A program made the translations under genes and the position numbers. Shown piece by piece: positions 47,943-56,686 of a stretch of 64,000 nt of DNA. The notes beneath the pieces were generated by a model that ran no database searches, was not told where the DNA came from, and saw only the letters and a program-made list of their open reading frames with translations. Position 1 is the stretch's first letter. Every line of letters begins with the position of its first letter. Location of the stretch: the NCBI GenBank assembly GCA_016936075.1, contig JAFGPS010000086.1, positions 3,822 to 67,821 of the forward strand. The letters run 5' to 3'. Source of the DNA: Sedimentisphaerales bacterium (GTDB lineage Bacteria > Planctomycetota > Phycisphaerae > Sedimentisphaerales > Anaerobacaceae).

Positions 47943-49148
47943 TTAAGGATCTTTCCGATTGTTCTCAAGAAACTCCAATCCTTCCATAGCTGAATCTTTC
48001 ATTCCTTCAATAGATGAATAAGAATCGACAACTTCCTGGAATGCTGCTCTTGATTTTTCGTAATCATCTAATTGATAATATGACCAGCCGATTTTAATAA
48101 GAGCATCCGCACAAATATCATCCATGTCGGAATATTCTTCCAGTACATAAGCACTTATAACAATAGCTCTGCGAAAGTCTCGTAGATATGTTTTATAAAC
48201 ATCAGAGATACCTAAAAATGCTTTCGCACAAGCTTCACGATCTTCAGGAAACAAGTTATATACTGCATAAAAAGCCATAATTTCCTGTTTCCACATCCTT
48301 ATTCCCTTAGAACCCCAGGTATTAATCGCATAAAGTCTCTGGTCCTCGCCTGTTTCCTGTTTTTCAATCCAGTTATAATTTACCATCTTCCAATCCGGCA
48401 GCTCTTGTGCTTCTTCCCATGTTTTAGCTGGTGTATGGGTATTTATAATCATCAGTACAAGTATCGGGCCGGCAAATGTAAAATTATTTAAAATGTGAAT
48501 CGATATCGAACTGCAAAGAGTCTTGCGCCACTCATAAGCAAGTGTTATAATCAATCCCGGAATAAAAACAAAAATCAAACCTGCAATATTAGTTACTGGA
48601 CTTCCAAAATGAAGAGCCGCAAATAATACTGATAGAATAACTATAGAAACAAAAACTGATAACTTCTGCTTTATGGCATTATACAAAAAACCACGAAAAA
48701 ATATTTCTTCTGCTATAGGTCCAATCGTTATCATCATTATAAGCAGAAAGTATAAAGGAGAATAATTCGGGGCATCTCTCAGGAAAGAATATTCCGAATT
48801 AATATCATTAGAGGTAATACCCAAAAATGGGTTTAATATTATTAATACAATAGAATTCACAACTAAAATAATAATAACAATTGGAATCGCTATAAGAAAT
48901 TCTTTCAGAATTGTTCGGATTTTGGGTATTTGGATTTTCTTTTGTTTTTTTACAATCCAAACAGGATAAAGAACCATCCCAGCAAACATCAAAAACCATA
49001 ATACCGAAACAAAGATTAAAGTAAATTTATTTAGATCCGCATATTTTGATAAATAGAAAGCAACTCTAAAAAACACTATCATCGCAAAGCCGAGAACCAG
49101 GCTTTTCACCGACCATGTCACTTTAGAAAATATATCTTTATCTCTCAT
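47943..49148 (-). CDS. CPBP (CAAX/Abi-type) intramembrane glutamic protease fused to a C-terminal TPR-like soluble domain
   Basis: CPBP motifs are EEIFFRGFLY, FAALHF and HILNNF. The final ~150 aa are soluble and helical-repeat-like (WSYYQLDDYEKSRAAFQEVV). Confidence 0.7.
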   Translation of the reverse strand: MRDKDIFSKVTWSVKSLVLGFAMIVFFRVAFYLSKYADLNKFTLIFVSVLWFLMFAGMVLYPVWIVKKQKKIQIPKIRTILKEFLIAIPIVIIILVVNSIVLIILNPFLGITSNDINSEYSFLRDAPNYSPLYFLLIMMITIGPIAEEIFFRGFLYNAIKQKLSVFVSIVILSVLFAALHFGSPVTNIAGLIFVFIPGLIITLAYEWRKTLCSSISIHILNNFTFAGPILVLMIINTHTPAKTWEEAQELPDWKMVNYNWIEKQETGEDQRLYAINTWGSKGIRMWKQEIMAFYAVYNLFPEDREACAKAFLGISDVYKTYLRDFRRAIVISAYVLEEYSDMDDICADALIKIGWSYYQLDDYEKSRAAFQEVVDSYSSIEGMKDSAMEGLEFLENNRKDP

Positions 49149-49572
49149 TATCCTTAATCATCCTCTTTCCCATGCTTATTACATTATCTTCACTAAAGCC
49201 AATTGCTTTGTAAAACTCAGCAACATCAGTGTTTGATGTTCTTATTTGAAGGTTTATTTTGGGACAACCGACATCTCGCAACCTCTTCTCTGCTTCGAGC
49301 ATTATTTGCGTTGCAAAGCCCTGCCTTCTATATCGCGGTGAAACAGCAAGATAATTAATCCAGCCCCGATGTCCTTCATAGCCGGCCATACATGTTGCAA
49401 CCACAGAACTGTCAAGCTCACCTACAAGAAACCATTCGGGATTAACTTTCAGCTTTCTTTCTATGTCACGTTCTGGATTATTCTGTGGAACAATCAGGCC
49501 GCACTCGGACCATAATTCAATCACATTTTTACGGTCCGTATCTTGATAAGGTCGGATTATAAGCTCGCTCAT
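49138..49572 (-). CDS. ypeA: GNAT acetyltransferase, YpeA-like
   Basis: It is colinear with E. coli YpeA (as I recall that sequence): WSECGLIVPQNNPERDIERKL, GYEGHRGWINYLAV.P.YRRQG, GCPKINLQI and ISMGKRMI. Confidence 0.75.
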   Translation of the reverse strand: MSELIIRPYQDTDRKNVIELWSECGLIVPQNNPERDIERKLKVNPEWFLVGELDSSVVATCMAGYEGHRGWINYLAVSPRYRRQGFATQIMLEAEKRLRDVGCPKINLQIRTSNTDVAEFYKAIGFSEDNVISMGKRMIKDNER

Positions 49573-49589
49573 TTTGTCCCTATAAAACG

Positions 49590-50585
49590 CTACCAGTAAT
49601 AATGCACTAATTCGCGAATATTTGTATCGTATAATTCTTTGACTTTATCCATGATTTCTTTTGGTATTTCCGGCAAATCGGAAGCGGAGAAATTCTCTTC
49701 TGCTTGAGAAGGTCTCTTTGCGCCGGGAATTGCGCATGTCACCGCGTTGAACATCAAAATCCATTTCAATGCGAACTGTACAAGTGATATATTTTCAGGA
49801 CAGATTTCTTTTAACTGCTCGACAACTTTCAAGCCAAGATTGTAATCCACGCCTGAAAAAGTTTCGCCTTTGTCGAACTCTTCGCCGTGGCGGTTAAATT
49901 TTCGATGGTCATCGGCTGTAAATTTCGTATCAGGTTTCATTTTGCCCGTGAGCATGCCGGAAGCCAATGGAACTCTCGCTAAAATTCCGACTTTTCGTTT
50001 TTTTGCCTGCTCGAAGAAAAGCTCTGACGGCCTGTGACGAAACATATTGAAAATAATCTGTACCGTCTGGACATTTGGATATTCAATCGCCTTGAGAGCT
50101 TCTTCGACTTTTTCGACACTTACGCCGTAATAACGGATTTTGCCCTGCTCTACAAACTCATCCAGTACTCCGAAAACTTCAGGATTGTAAAATACTTCCG
50201 TTGGTGGACAATGTAATTGAAGTAAGTCTATAGTTTCTACACCAAGATTTTTCAAACTGCGGTCAACGAAAGCAGTCAGGTTTTCCTTGTTGTATCCTTC
50301 TGCTATATGTGGATTAAGACGCCTGCCTGCTTTTGTCGCGACATAAATCTGCTCTTTAGATTCCCTGCATATTTGCCCAACTAATCTCTCGCTTCGGCCA
50401 TCGCCGTAAACATCCGCGGTATCGATAAAATTGACTCCCATATCAATTGCGGTGCGCAAAGCATCAAGAGATTCCTTATCATCTACCGGCCCCCATGTCC
50501 CGCCAATTGCCCATGCACCAAAACTTATTTCAGATACCTTCCAGCCTGTACTTCCCAATTCCCTGTATTTCATACCTAAACTCAC
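49590..50585 (-). CDS. Aldo/keto reductase
   Basis: GAWAIGG, NFIDTADVYGDGRSE, IDLLQLH and AIPGAKRPSQAEEN are AKR family blocks. Confidence 0.85.
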   Translation of the reverse strand: MSLGMKYRELGSTGWKVSEISFGAWAIGGTWGPVDDKESLDALRTAIDMGVNFIDTADVYGDGRSERLVGQICRESKEQIYVATKAGRRLNPHIAEGYNKENLTAFVDRSLKNLGVETIDLLQLHCPPTEVFYNPEVFGVLDEFVEQGKIRYYGVSVEKVEEALKAIEYPNVQTVQIIFNMFRHRPSELFFEQAKKRKVGILARVPLASGMLTGKMKPDTKFTADDHRKFNRHGEEFDKGETFSGVDYNLGLKVVEQLKEICPENISLVQFALKWILMFNAVTCAIPGAKRPSQAEENFSASDLPEIPKEIMDKVKELYDTNIRELVHYYW

Positions 50586-50683
50586 AAAATAATAACCATA
50601 AAATATATTTGATGACTATTGAAAATTATAACATGTATTATATTAATTTCACGAATTATCAGGGGACCAGAGAAAAGTTTAAT

Positions 50684-51163
50684 TTAATCAGAACATTTGT
50701 CATAAAAATATACAGTTTGAGAATTATCATCAAAACCTATATAATAATGACTCAACTTGTAAGCATCCGAGACAGGAGGTGTCCACCATCGTTCAATTCT
50801 CTCCATATCTCTCTTTGAATAATTTGCAGGAAACTGAGCTTGTTGAGGTTCGAGCCGCTTAAGTAAATCATACTTAAAACTCATATACTCTTTGTTATTA
50901 GTAATGGAGAATCTGAGAAATTCATCAGCAAATAATTCCCTGCTATCATATTCATAGACATTAGCTAAAGATTGAGGTACCCCAAAATCGATAATTCCAA
51001 AACTACCATACATTGCTGAACTAATAGAATTTGAATCTTTTATCAATAATGGAACAGGATTAAAAAACCTATATGCGCTATATATAAAAAAACTTAAGAT
51101 AACAATCAATATAACACAAATAGTTAGTATTGTTTTTTTGATTAATTGTGTTTTTCTCAACAA
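50684..51163 (-). CDS. Hypothetical N-terminally anchored protein (159 aa)
   Basis: One TM helix (ILTICVILIVILSFFIY) followed by a soluble domain. No family recognised. Confidence 0.4.
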   Translation of the reverse strand: MLRKTQLIKKTILTICVILIVILSFFIYSAYRFFNPVPLLIKDSNSISSAMYGSFGIIDFGVPQSLANVYEYDSRELFADEFLRFSITNNKEYMSFKYDLLKRLEPQQAQFPANYSKRDMERIERWWTPPVSDAYKLSHYYIGFDDNSQTVYFYDKCSD

Positions 51164-51171
51164 ATTAAATC

Positions 51172-51558
51172 CTATTGCGAAGTCTCAATGTTTTTATTTC
51201 GATCTCTTAAAAAGTCAATAACAATCAATACTATCAGAATGATTACTATTGCCAATACCAGGTACCATATTGTATGTATAATTAATATTCCGAGTATAAC
51301 AAAAGTAATCCATTTTGCTAAATTCTTAGTTTCCATTAAAGCTGTATCTTCAATTATAAGCGAAATAACACTGAAAATTATTAATGCCAATCCGGTAAAC
51401 TGACGTATCCAGCTAAATGATATTTCTACAAATACCGCAATACCACCGCTTCTTTGAAAATTAGGTTGTTGCATAACTAAGATAAGTGATAGAACAAATA
51501 TTATAAAAAAAGTTGCCATCGCTATAATTAAAAAACGAGCTAATTTACTATTTTGCAT
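51172..51558 (-). CDS. Hypothetical 4-TM membrane protein (128 aa)
   Basis: Four hydrophobic segments. It lies 8 nt upstream of the next gene. Confidence 0.4.
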   Translation of the reverse strand: MQNSKLARFLIIAMATFFIIFVLSLILVMQQPNFQRSGGIAVFVEISFSWIRQFTGLALIIFSVISLIIEDTALMETKNLAKWITFVILGILIIHTIWYLVLAIVIILIVLIVIDFLRDRNKNIETSQ

Positions 51559-51598
51559 AGAAATGTCCTTTTATTTTATAAATAGTTTTGCCAATCTA

Positions 51599-51994
51599 TT
51601 ACAGTCCCGGAATCATAGCATCTGAATCCATTGAGTCATGGCTGGAGACATATGCGTCTATTTCAACTTCGTGAATACCCCAGTATTCCAGTGCGTTTTG
51701 AAGCTGAGTATTCATCATCGAGCCGGCTTTTTTTCTCATATACCACGCAAAAATAAAGAACGGCCAGAAAATTGGAATAATCGCAAACGGAATCATAAAC
51801 CAGCCGAAACCTTTGAGCATGGCTTTTCCTGTTTTGAGTTGCTGAGCAGCGTCCCGTAGATAGATAAGTCGCCTGCGTCTCTGCTCGCTCTGGCTGTAAT
51901 GCGAAATCGCTTCGTCGAATACCGCAAGCTGCTGTATATCCAAAGGATTCCGCTGATAACCATTATTACCATGAAAATGATGCATGTTATTCAT
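51599..51994 (-). CDS. Hypothetical membrane protein (131 aa)
   Basis: A His/Asn-rich N-terminus, an RRRR patch, then a hydrophobic hairpin (GWFMIPFAIIPIFWPFFIFAWY). Confidence 0.4.
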   Translation of the reverse strand: MNNMHHFHGNNGYQRNPLDIQQLAVFDEAISHYSQSEQRRRRLIYLRDAAQQLKTGKAMLKGFGWFMIPFAIIPIFWPFFIFAWYMRKKAGSMMNTQLQNALEYWGIHEVEIDAYVSSHDSMDSDAMIPGL

Positions 51995-52009
51995 CTATTT
52001 CGCTCCGTG

Positions 52010-52303
52010 TTAGTCTTTATCAGTTGAATCAGAAGAAATTTTTCCGGCATGGGAATTCTGTGACGTCATGCCTGAAGTACTGGGTGAATATCTTTCCCAT
52101 ACGCGGCCATTGCTTCTGTCGAATACATAAACATGGTTGTCTCTTGCGACTATTTGAAAGCGTTCCCCGGATAAAGCACTTGTAAACCATAACGCACCCA
52201 TAGCTAAAGTTATGCAAACTGTAACCCAAAACCAATAATTAAGCTCTTGAAATCTATTTGCTTGTTCATCGTTTCTCCCTTTCAAATTATGTAAACAATT
52301 CAC
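52010..52303 (-). CDS. Hypothetical single-TM protein; start codon unresolved
   Basis: The ORF opens with GTG and has no SD. TM helix is YWFWVTVCITLAMGALWF. A strong SD + ATG sits in a different frame (see findings). Confidence 0.3.
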   Translation of the reverse strand: MNCLHNLKGRNDEQANRFQELNYWFWVTVCITLAMGALWFTSALSGERFQIVARDNHVYVFDRSNGRVWERYSPSTSGMTSQNSHAGKISSDSTDKD

Positions 52304-52507
52304 AATAGAGCCTGCAAAACAATTTTTGCAGTTATTCTACTGATATATACGCTTGAATCGCAAAAACTTCAAAAAAAAACTTTCCGACTCAAACTATAAT
52401 AATAACACCAGAAAAAACAGTAGTTTTCACCGCCAATTAAAAAAGAGTTTTTAATTTTATAATAACCTCAATATTGAGTATAATAAGAATATATATTTAG
52501 AATTGAT

Positions 52508-52687
52508 TTATCCTGCATCGAGACTTTTTAATATCTTTTTTGCTAAAGGTTCTTTTATTTCGGAATGTCTTGGTATCGCTTCAATAATTCCTGTTTTTGG
52601 ATTTATCCAGAGAGAATGTGAGGCTCCCTCCCTTTTTAACAAACATCCGGCTATCCTGAGCCTTTTTTCTAATTCCCTTCTTTTCAT
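52508..52687 (-). CDS. hicA: HicA-family mRNA-interferase toxin (59 aa; below the ORF-track cutoff)
   Basis: Hand translation gives MKRRELEKRLRIAGCLLKREGASHSLWINPKTGIIEAIPRHSEIKEPLAKKILKSLDAG*. It carries the HicA/YcfA hallmark (G.H....p......ipRH.eI). Its ATG overlaps the hicB stop as ATGA. Confidence 0.75.
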   Translation of the reverse strand: MKRRELEKRLRIAGCLLKREGASHSLWINPKTGIIEAIPRHSEIKEPLAKKILKSLDAG

Positions 52688-52902
52688 TTTATAGCAATAG
52701 TTTCCTTTATTGCATCTTTTGGCAAGCCGCGTTGAATATCTTCAAGCCGGTCTTCTAAAATGAGTATTATTGCATTCTTCAGGCTTTCTTTTGCCTGTTC
52801 GATGGTTTCTCCCTGACCGTTTGCTCCCGGTATTTCAGGACATATAGCCCAATATCCCCCTTCTGGAGCAGTTTCGATGATCGCAGTAAATTCACCTTTC
52901 AT
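52684..52902 (-). CDS. hicB: HicB-family antitoxin (short, 72 aa)
   Basis: MKGEFTAIIETAPEGGYWAICPEIPGANGQGETIEQAKESLKNAI matches the HicB N-domain consensus. The ATG at 52902 follows GAAAGGA; the track TTG start is upstream. Confidence 0.75.
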   Translation of the reverse strand: MKGEFTAIIETAPEGGYWAICPEIPGANGQGETIEQAKESLKNAIILILEDRLEDIQRGLPKDAIKETIAIK

Positions 52903-52921
52903 AAATATCCTTTCTTGCTTG

Positions 52922-52950
52922 AGGTTATCAAAAAACAATCATAATGTCAA
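52922..52950 (-). promoter_or_regulatory. Sigma70-type promoter candidate for hicBA
   Basis: The minus strand reads TTGACA (52950-52945), a 17-nt spacer, then TAACCT (52927-52922). Confidence 0.3.
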
Positions 52951-52998
52951 GAATATTTGCTTTTAGAACAGTTTTTACAATAGCAATTAGTGATGGAT

Positions 52999-54078
52999 TT
53001 ATTTCGAGGATTGTTTTTTCTTGTTTCTCAGGCGGTAAATCATAGCGAGTACCTGTGCTACTGCAACATATAAATCTTCGGGGATTTGTTTACCTGGTTC
53101 TACGGCAGCGTAGATTGTTCTTGTAAGCTCAGGTTTACTTATAATAGGTACGCCGTAAGCTCGCGCGACTTCCCTGATTTTTTCAGCCATGTGATCAGCG
53201 CCTTTTGCGACAAGGATCGGTGCTTCCATAGTTTTGGGATCGTAACGTATCGCAACAGCATAATGCGTTGGATTCACAAGAACAACTGTTGCTTTCGGAA
53301 CATCCTGCAACATGCGTTTGAAAGCCGCCTGGAACTGTATCGAACGAATGCGGCGTTTAATATCAGGTGAGCCTTCGGTTTCTTTATGGTCATCCTTGAC
53401 TTCCTGACGTGTCATCTTTAAATCCTGCATGAATTTCCATTTCTGGAACAGGCTTTCGGAAAGACTGATTATCAATAATGCTATTGCAATTCGTATCACA
53501 AGACCAAGAATTATTTTTGCAGTAATTGAAAGTATCTGGTCCGAATTCGCCCATCTAAGCGATGCAAATGTATCAAGCTTATCCTTGATATAAAACCAGA
53601 CAATTACTGAAACAAAAATAAGCTTAAGAATTGAAACAAGGAGTTTAACAAAAGACTGCATATTGACCAGTTTAGAAAATCCTTCTATGGGATTGAGCTG
53701 GCTGAATTTCAATTCAACTGCTTTAGGTGAAAAATTAATACCGCTTATTACAGCTCCAGCGGCAATTGCTCCGACCATTAGAGCAGCTAAAATTGGGCTG
53801 ATTAGAATTATTACGTCAAATATTCTTGTACTGAAAAATTGTACAAAAGTCTGCGTATTTGTAAAAACACTATTATCGCAACTAAAACCTAATTCCATTT
53901 GTTTTTTGAACCAGTCGCACAACGACGGGCCTGATAATGCTATCATGGCAATCAAAACAATCAACGTCGCGATTGAAGAAAGCTCCTGACTCTGAGGGAC
54001 CTGCCCCTTGTCTTTTGCCTTCTTCAGCTTACGCGGCGTTGGCTGTTCAGTCTTTTCTGCTGCTGGTTGATCCGCCAT
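52999..54078 (-). CDS. flhB: Flagellar export-gate switch protein FlhB
   Basis: EKTEQPTPRKLKKAKDKGQVPQS N-terminus and the NPTHYAVAI autocleavage site. Confidence 0.9.
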   Translation of the reverse strand: MADQPAAEKTEQPTPRKLKKAKDKGQVPQSQELSSIATLIVLIAMIALSGPSLCDWFKKQMELGFSCDNSVFTNTQTFVQFFSTRIFDVIILISPILAALMVGAIAAGAVISGINFSPKAVELKFSQLNPIEGFSKLVNMQSFVKLLVSILKLIFVSVIVWFYIKDKLDTFASLRWANSDQILSITAKIILGLVIRIAIALLIISLSESLFQKWKFMQDLKMTRQEVKDDHKETEGSPDIKRRIRSIQFQAAFKRMLQDVPKATVVLVNPTHYAVAIRYDPKTMEAPILVAKGADHMAEKIREVARAYGVPIISKPELTRTIYAAVEPGKQIPEDLYVAVAQVLAMIYRLRNKKKQSSK

Positions 54079-54098
54079 AAAATGTTCCTAACATTTAA

Positions 54099-54851
54099 TT
54101 AAATCGGTATTAATTTGTTCATGAGCTCTGCAAATTCCGATACAAAAGTGCTTAAAAACGGTATAAATACTGCCACCATAAACAAACCCAATCCGACACG
54201 TACAGGCAAGCTTATGAAAAGTATATTCATCTCAGGAACGATTCGAGCTAAAATCGCCAATACAACCATCAGAAGTAAAAACGCGGCAAGAATCGGAGCC
54301 GCTAATTTCAGACCTGCGATAAGCATTGCTGAGCCCGCATTGACTATTCCACCTGCAAGTATATCGATTGTTGGTATACTTCCGACTGGAAATGATTCAT
54401 AACTTTTTGAAATTATCGAAATAAAAAGATGATGGCCGTTGGCACTAAGAAACAGGAGAATGAAAATCATTTCAAGCAGGCTGCTGAGAGATTGTGAACT
54501 CTCACCTGTCAATGGATCTAAAACCTCTGACATTCTAAAGCCTATTTGATCTTCCACCATTTCACCGCCAACTTTTACTGCTGAAAAAATAATCCTTGCA
54601 ACAAGACCGAGAGCGAGCCCGTAAATTGCTTCATTTGAAATTAATAGACTTGCCTGAGAGAAAGACACCTGTGTTGAATTTAAACCGATTGTGACAACTG
54701 TCGAGAAAAATATGGATACTATAATTGCCATTGCAGCTTTTAATCTTATCGGAATTGTCACCCACCCGAATACTGGAAGGATTAAAAAGAATGCAGATAA
54801 CCTTGTCAGTATCAATACAAAGCCAATCAGCTTTTCTATTGCCGGTTCCAT
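54099..54851 (-). CDS. fliR: Flagellar export-gate protein FliR
   Basis: 250 aa, 6-7 TM helices, with the FliR-like start FVLILTRLSAFFLILPVFG. It is positioned between fliQ and flhB. Confidence 0.85.
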   Translation of the reverse strand: MEPAIEKLIGFVLILTRLSAFFLILPVFGWVTIPIRLKAAMAIIVSIFFSTVVTIGLNSTQVSFSQASLLISNEAIYGLALGLVARIIFSAVKVGGEMVEDQIGFRMSEVLDPLTGESSQSLSSLLEMIFILLFLSANGHHLFISIISKSYESFPVGSIPTIDILAGGIVNAGSAMLIAGLKLAAPILAAFLLLMVVLAILARIVPEMNILFISLPVRVGLGLFMVAVFIPFLSTFVSEFAELMNKLIPI

Positions 54852-54857
54852 ATTAAT

Positions 54858-55124
54858 TTAGTGCCCGATATTTTCAATATAGCTGAATATTTCTGTTGAA
54901 AATCCAAGTATTATCTGAAGCATCCAGCTTGCACACATAATAGAAACAGCTCCTACGGCCAGAAGTTTAGGCACAATAGTCAATGTCATATCACGAATCG
55001 AAGTGACTGCCTGCAGCAATGTCACAACAACGCCAACGACAAGGCATGTAACTAAAATCGGTGCAGACAATATTAAAGCCGTTTCGAGTGTATATCGTCC
55101 CAGATATATAATAAAACTACTATC
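54858..55124 (-). CDS. fliQ: Flagellar export-gate protein FliQ
   Basis: 89 aa from the internal ATG at 55124. PILVTCLVVGVVVTLLQAVTSIRDMTLTIVPKLLAV matches FliQ. Confidence 0.85.
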   Translation of the reverse strand, partial: DSSFIIYLGRYTLETALILSAPILVTCLVVGVVVTLLQAVTSIRDMTLTIVPKLLAVGAVSIMCASWMLQIILGFSTEIFSYIENIGH

Positions 55125-55200
55125 CATAATATTTCTCCAAGATTCTGCTCTGGCAATCCATGAATTCAAAAAGATTCACTTTTTGCATTAAGCAGAAAAA

Positions 55201-56073
55201 TCAGTTAAAACTAAGACTAATACTTTTCGCAAGTAATCCCCATCCATCTATGAGAATAAATAATATCAGTTTGAAAGGCAGCGAAATCATGGAAGGAGGC
55301 AGCATCATCATGCCTGCGCTTAGCAAAATTCCAGCTATAACCATATCTATCAATAAAAATGGAATAAACAGAAGGCAGCCAATCTCAAACGACGTCCTGA
55401 ACTCGCTGATAATAAACGCTGGTGTTACTATGTGCATATTCAAATCCATAGCTCTTGCAGGTGCCTGTACCTTTGCCATTTTCACGAACAAAGCAAGGTC
55501 CGCTTCTCTGCACTGGCGCAGCATAAATTCCTTAATACAGGAAATTGCTATATTGGATGCTTCTGTAAATTCAATTTCTTCGGCCAGATATGGCTTAACG
55601 GAATACGTATTGATTTTAGAAAAAGTCGGCGACATCGTGTAAAGTGTAAGAAAAAACGCCAGACCAATTAACGCAATAGTAGGAGGTATTGTTTGTGTTG
55701 TTAGAGCGCGCCTTACAAAAGACAAAACAATGATAATTCTCGCGAATGAAGTCGTCATTATCAAAAGACTCGGCAAAATAGCTAAGCCGCCGAAAATAAT
55801 AACGAGCTTTACTGGTGTTGACCAGTCTTTACCTTCGCCTTCGGACGCAATTGATTTATCTATAACATCTTTCAAATCCGAAATCGATGGGAGCGTATTG
55901 TTTGAGGTAGTATTAGATGAAGCACCAGAATCAAGCTGTAGTGATGGCGTTTGAATTCCAAGTGCACTTAAATCGAGTTGCTCCTGGCTATTTGTGTTTT
56001 GTGCATAACAAAGATTCATAGAAATGAATACTGCTATAACAAAGAAGATATTTTTACATATTTTATAAATCAT
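55201..56073 (-). CDS. fliP: Flagellar export-gate protein FliP
   Basis: PAFIISEFRTSFEIGCLLFIPFLLIDMVIAGILLSAGMMMLPPSMISLPFKLILFILIDGW is the conserved FliP core. Confidence 0.9.
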   Translation of the reverse strand: MIYKICKNIFFVIAVFISMNLCYAQNTNSQEQLDLSALGIQTPSLQLDSGASSNTTSNNTLPSISDLKDVIDKSIASEGEGKDWSTPVKLVIIFGGLAILPSLLIMTTSFARIIIVLSFVRRALTTQTIPPTIALIGLAFFLTLYTMSPTFSKINTYSVKPYLAEEIEFTEASNIAISCIKEFMLRQCREADLALFVKMAKVQAPARAMDLNMHIVTPAFIISEFRTSFEIGCLLFIPFLLIDMVIAGILLSAGMMMLPPSMISLPFKLILFILIDGWGLLAKSISLSFN

Positions 56074-56079
56074 GAACTT

Positions 56080-56616
56080 TTAATCCAACTCATCTTCCTG
56101 AAGTGGCATACTCGATGAAAATTCCGTAAGGTCTGCCAGTTTTCTTATGTTTTCATTTGTACTTCCAATCAAGAATCTGCGTTTGCCAATTTCAATAAGA
56201 TGTACCGATTTGCGAGGTCCAAGATGCACGGTTTCTACGACTTTTATTTCCTTACCCTGTAGTTTCGCAATATTTGGAAAGAATTTTTTCGTCATAAAAA
56301 CAGCCGCTGCGCCGAGAATAAGAACAAAAATTATCGAAAGCAATATTTTATAAAAAATATCCGTTCCACTTATTGCCGAATCACCCGTAAAACTTGTATC
56401 ATTAGGGAAAAGAGTACCCGTTTGTTTTGCTTCATTGATTGAAACCTGATTTGAATCGTATGGCTGATTTTGAGTTGTTATATTATTTGAATTTGCTCCG
56501 GCGGAGTATAAAAAAAGCACAAAGAAACAAAACATAGCTATTGCTATAAACAAAAAATTCTTTTTAGTATATTTTGCGATATTCTGATTCACATTCAATC
56601 CGGATTTTATATTCAT
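56080..56616 (-). CDS. fliO: FliO/FliZ-type flagellar biosynthesis protein
   Basis: A single TM helix is followed by KVVETVHLGPRKSVHLIEIGKRRFLIGSTNENI (the FliO C-domain pattern). It lies immediately upstream of fliP. Confidence 0.65.
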   Translation of the reverse strand: MNIKSGLNVNQNIAKYTKKNFLFIAIAMFCFFVLFLYSAGANSNNITTQNQPYDSNQVSINEAKQTGTLFPNDTSFTGDSAISGTDIFYKILLSIIFVLILGAAAVFMTKKFFPNIAKLQGKEIKVVETVHLGPRKSVHLIEIGKRRFLIGSTNENIRKLADLTEFSSSMPLQEDELD

Positions 56617-56670
56617 ATCATATTTTTCAAAAATAAGTCTATAGAGTCAGCATCTGACTTTATTAAGAAG

Positions 56671-56686
56671 TGCAAATCATGTACCA
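56671..56686 (-). promoter_or_regulatory. Sigma54 (-24/-12) promoter candidate upstream of fliO-fliP-fliQ-fliR-flhB
   Basis: The minus strand reads TGGTACATGATTTGCA. This compares with the consensus TGGCAC-N5-TTGCW, with correct GG-N10-GC spacing. It lies about 55 nt upstream of the fliO ATG. Confidence 0.5.
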
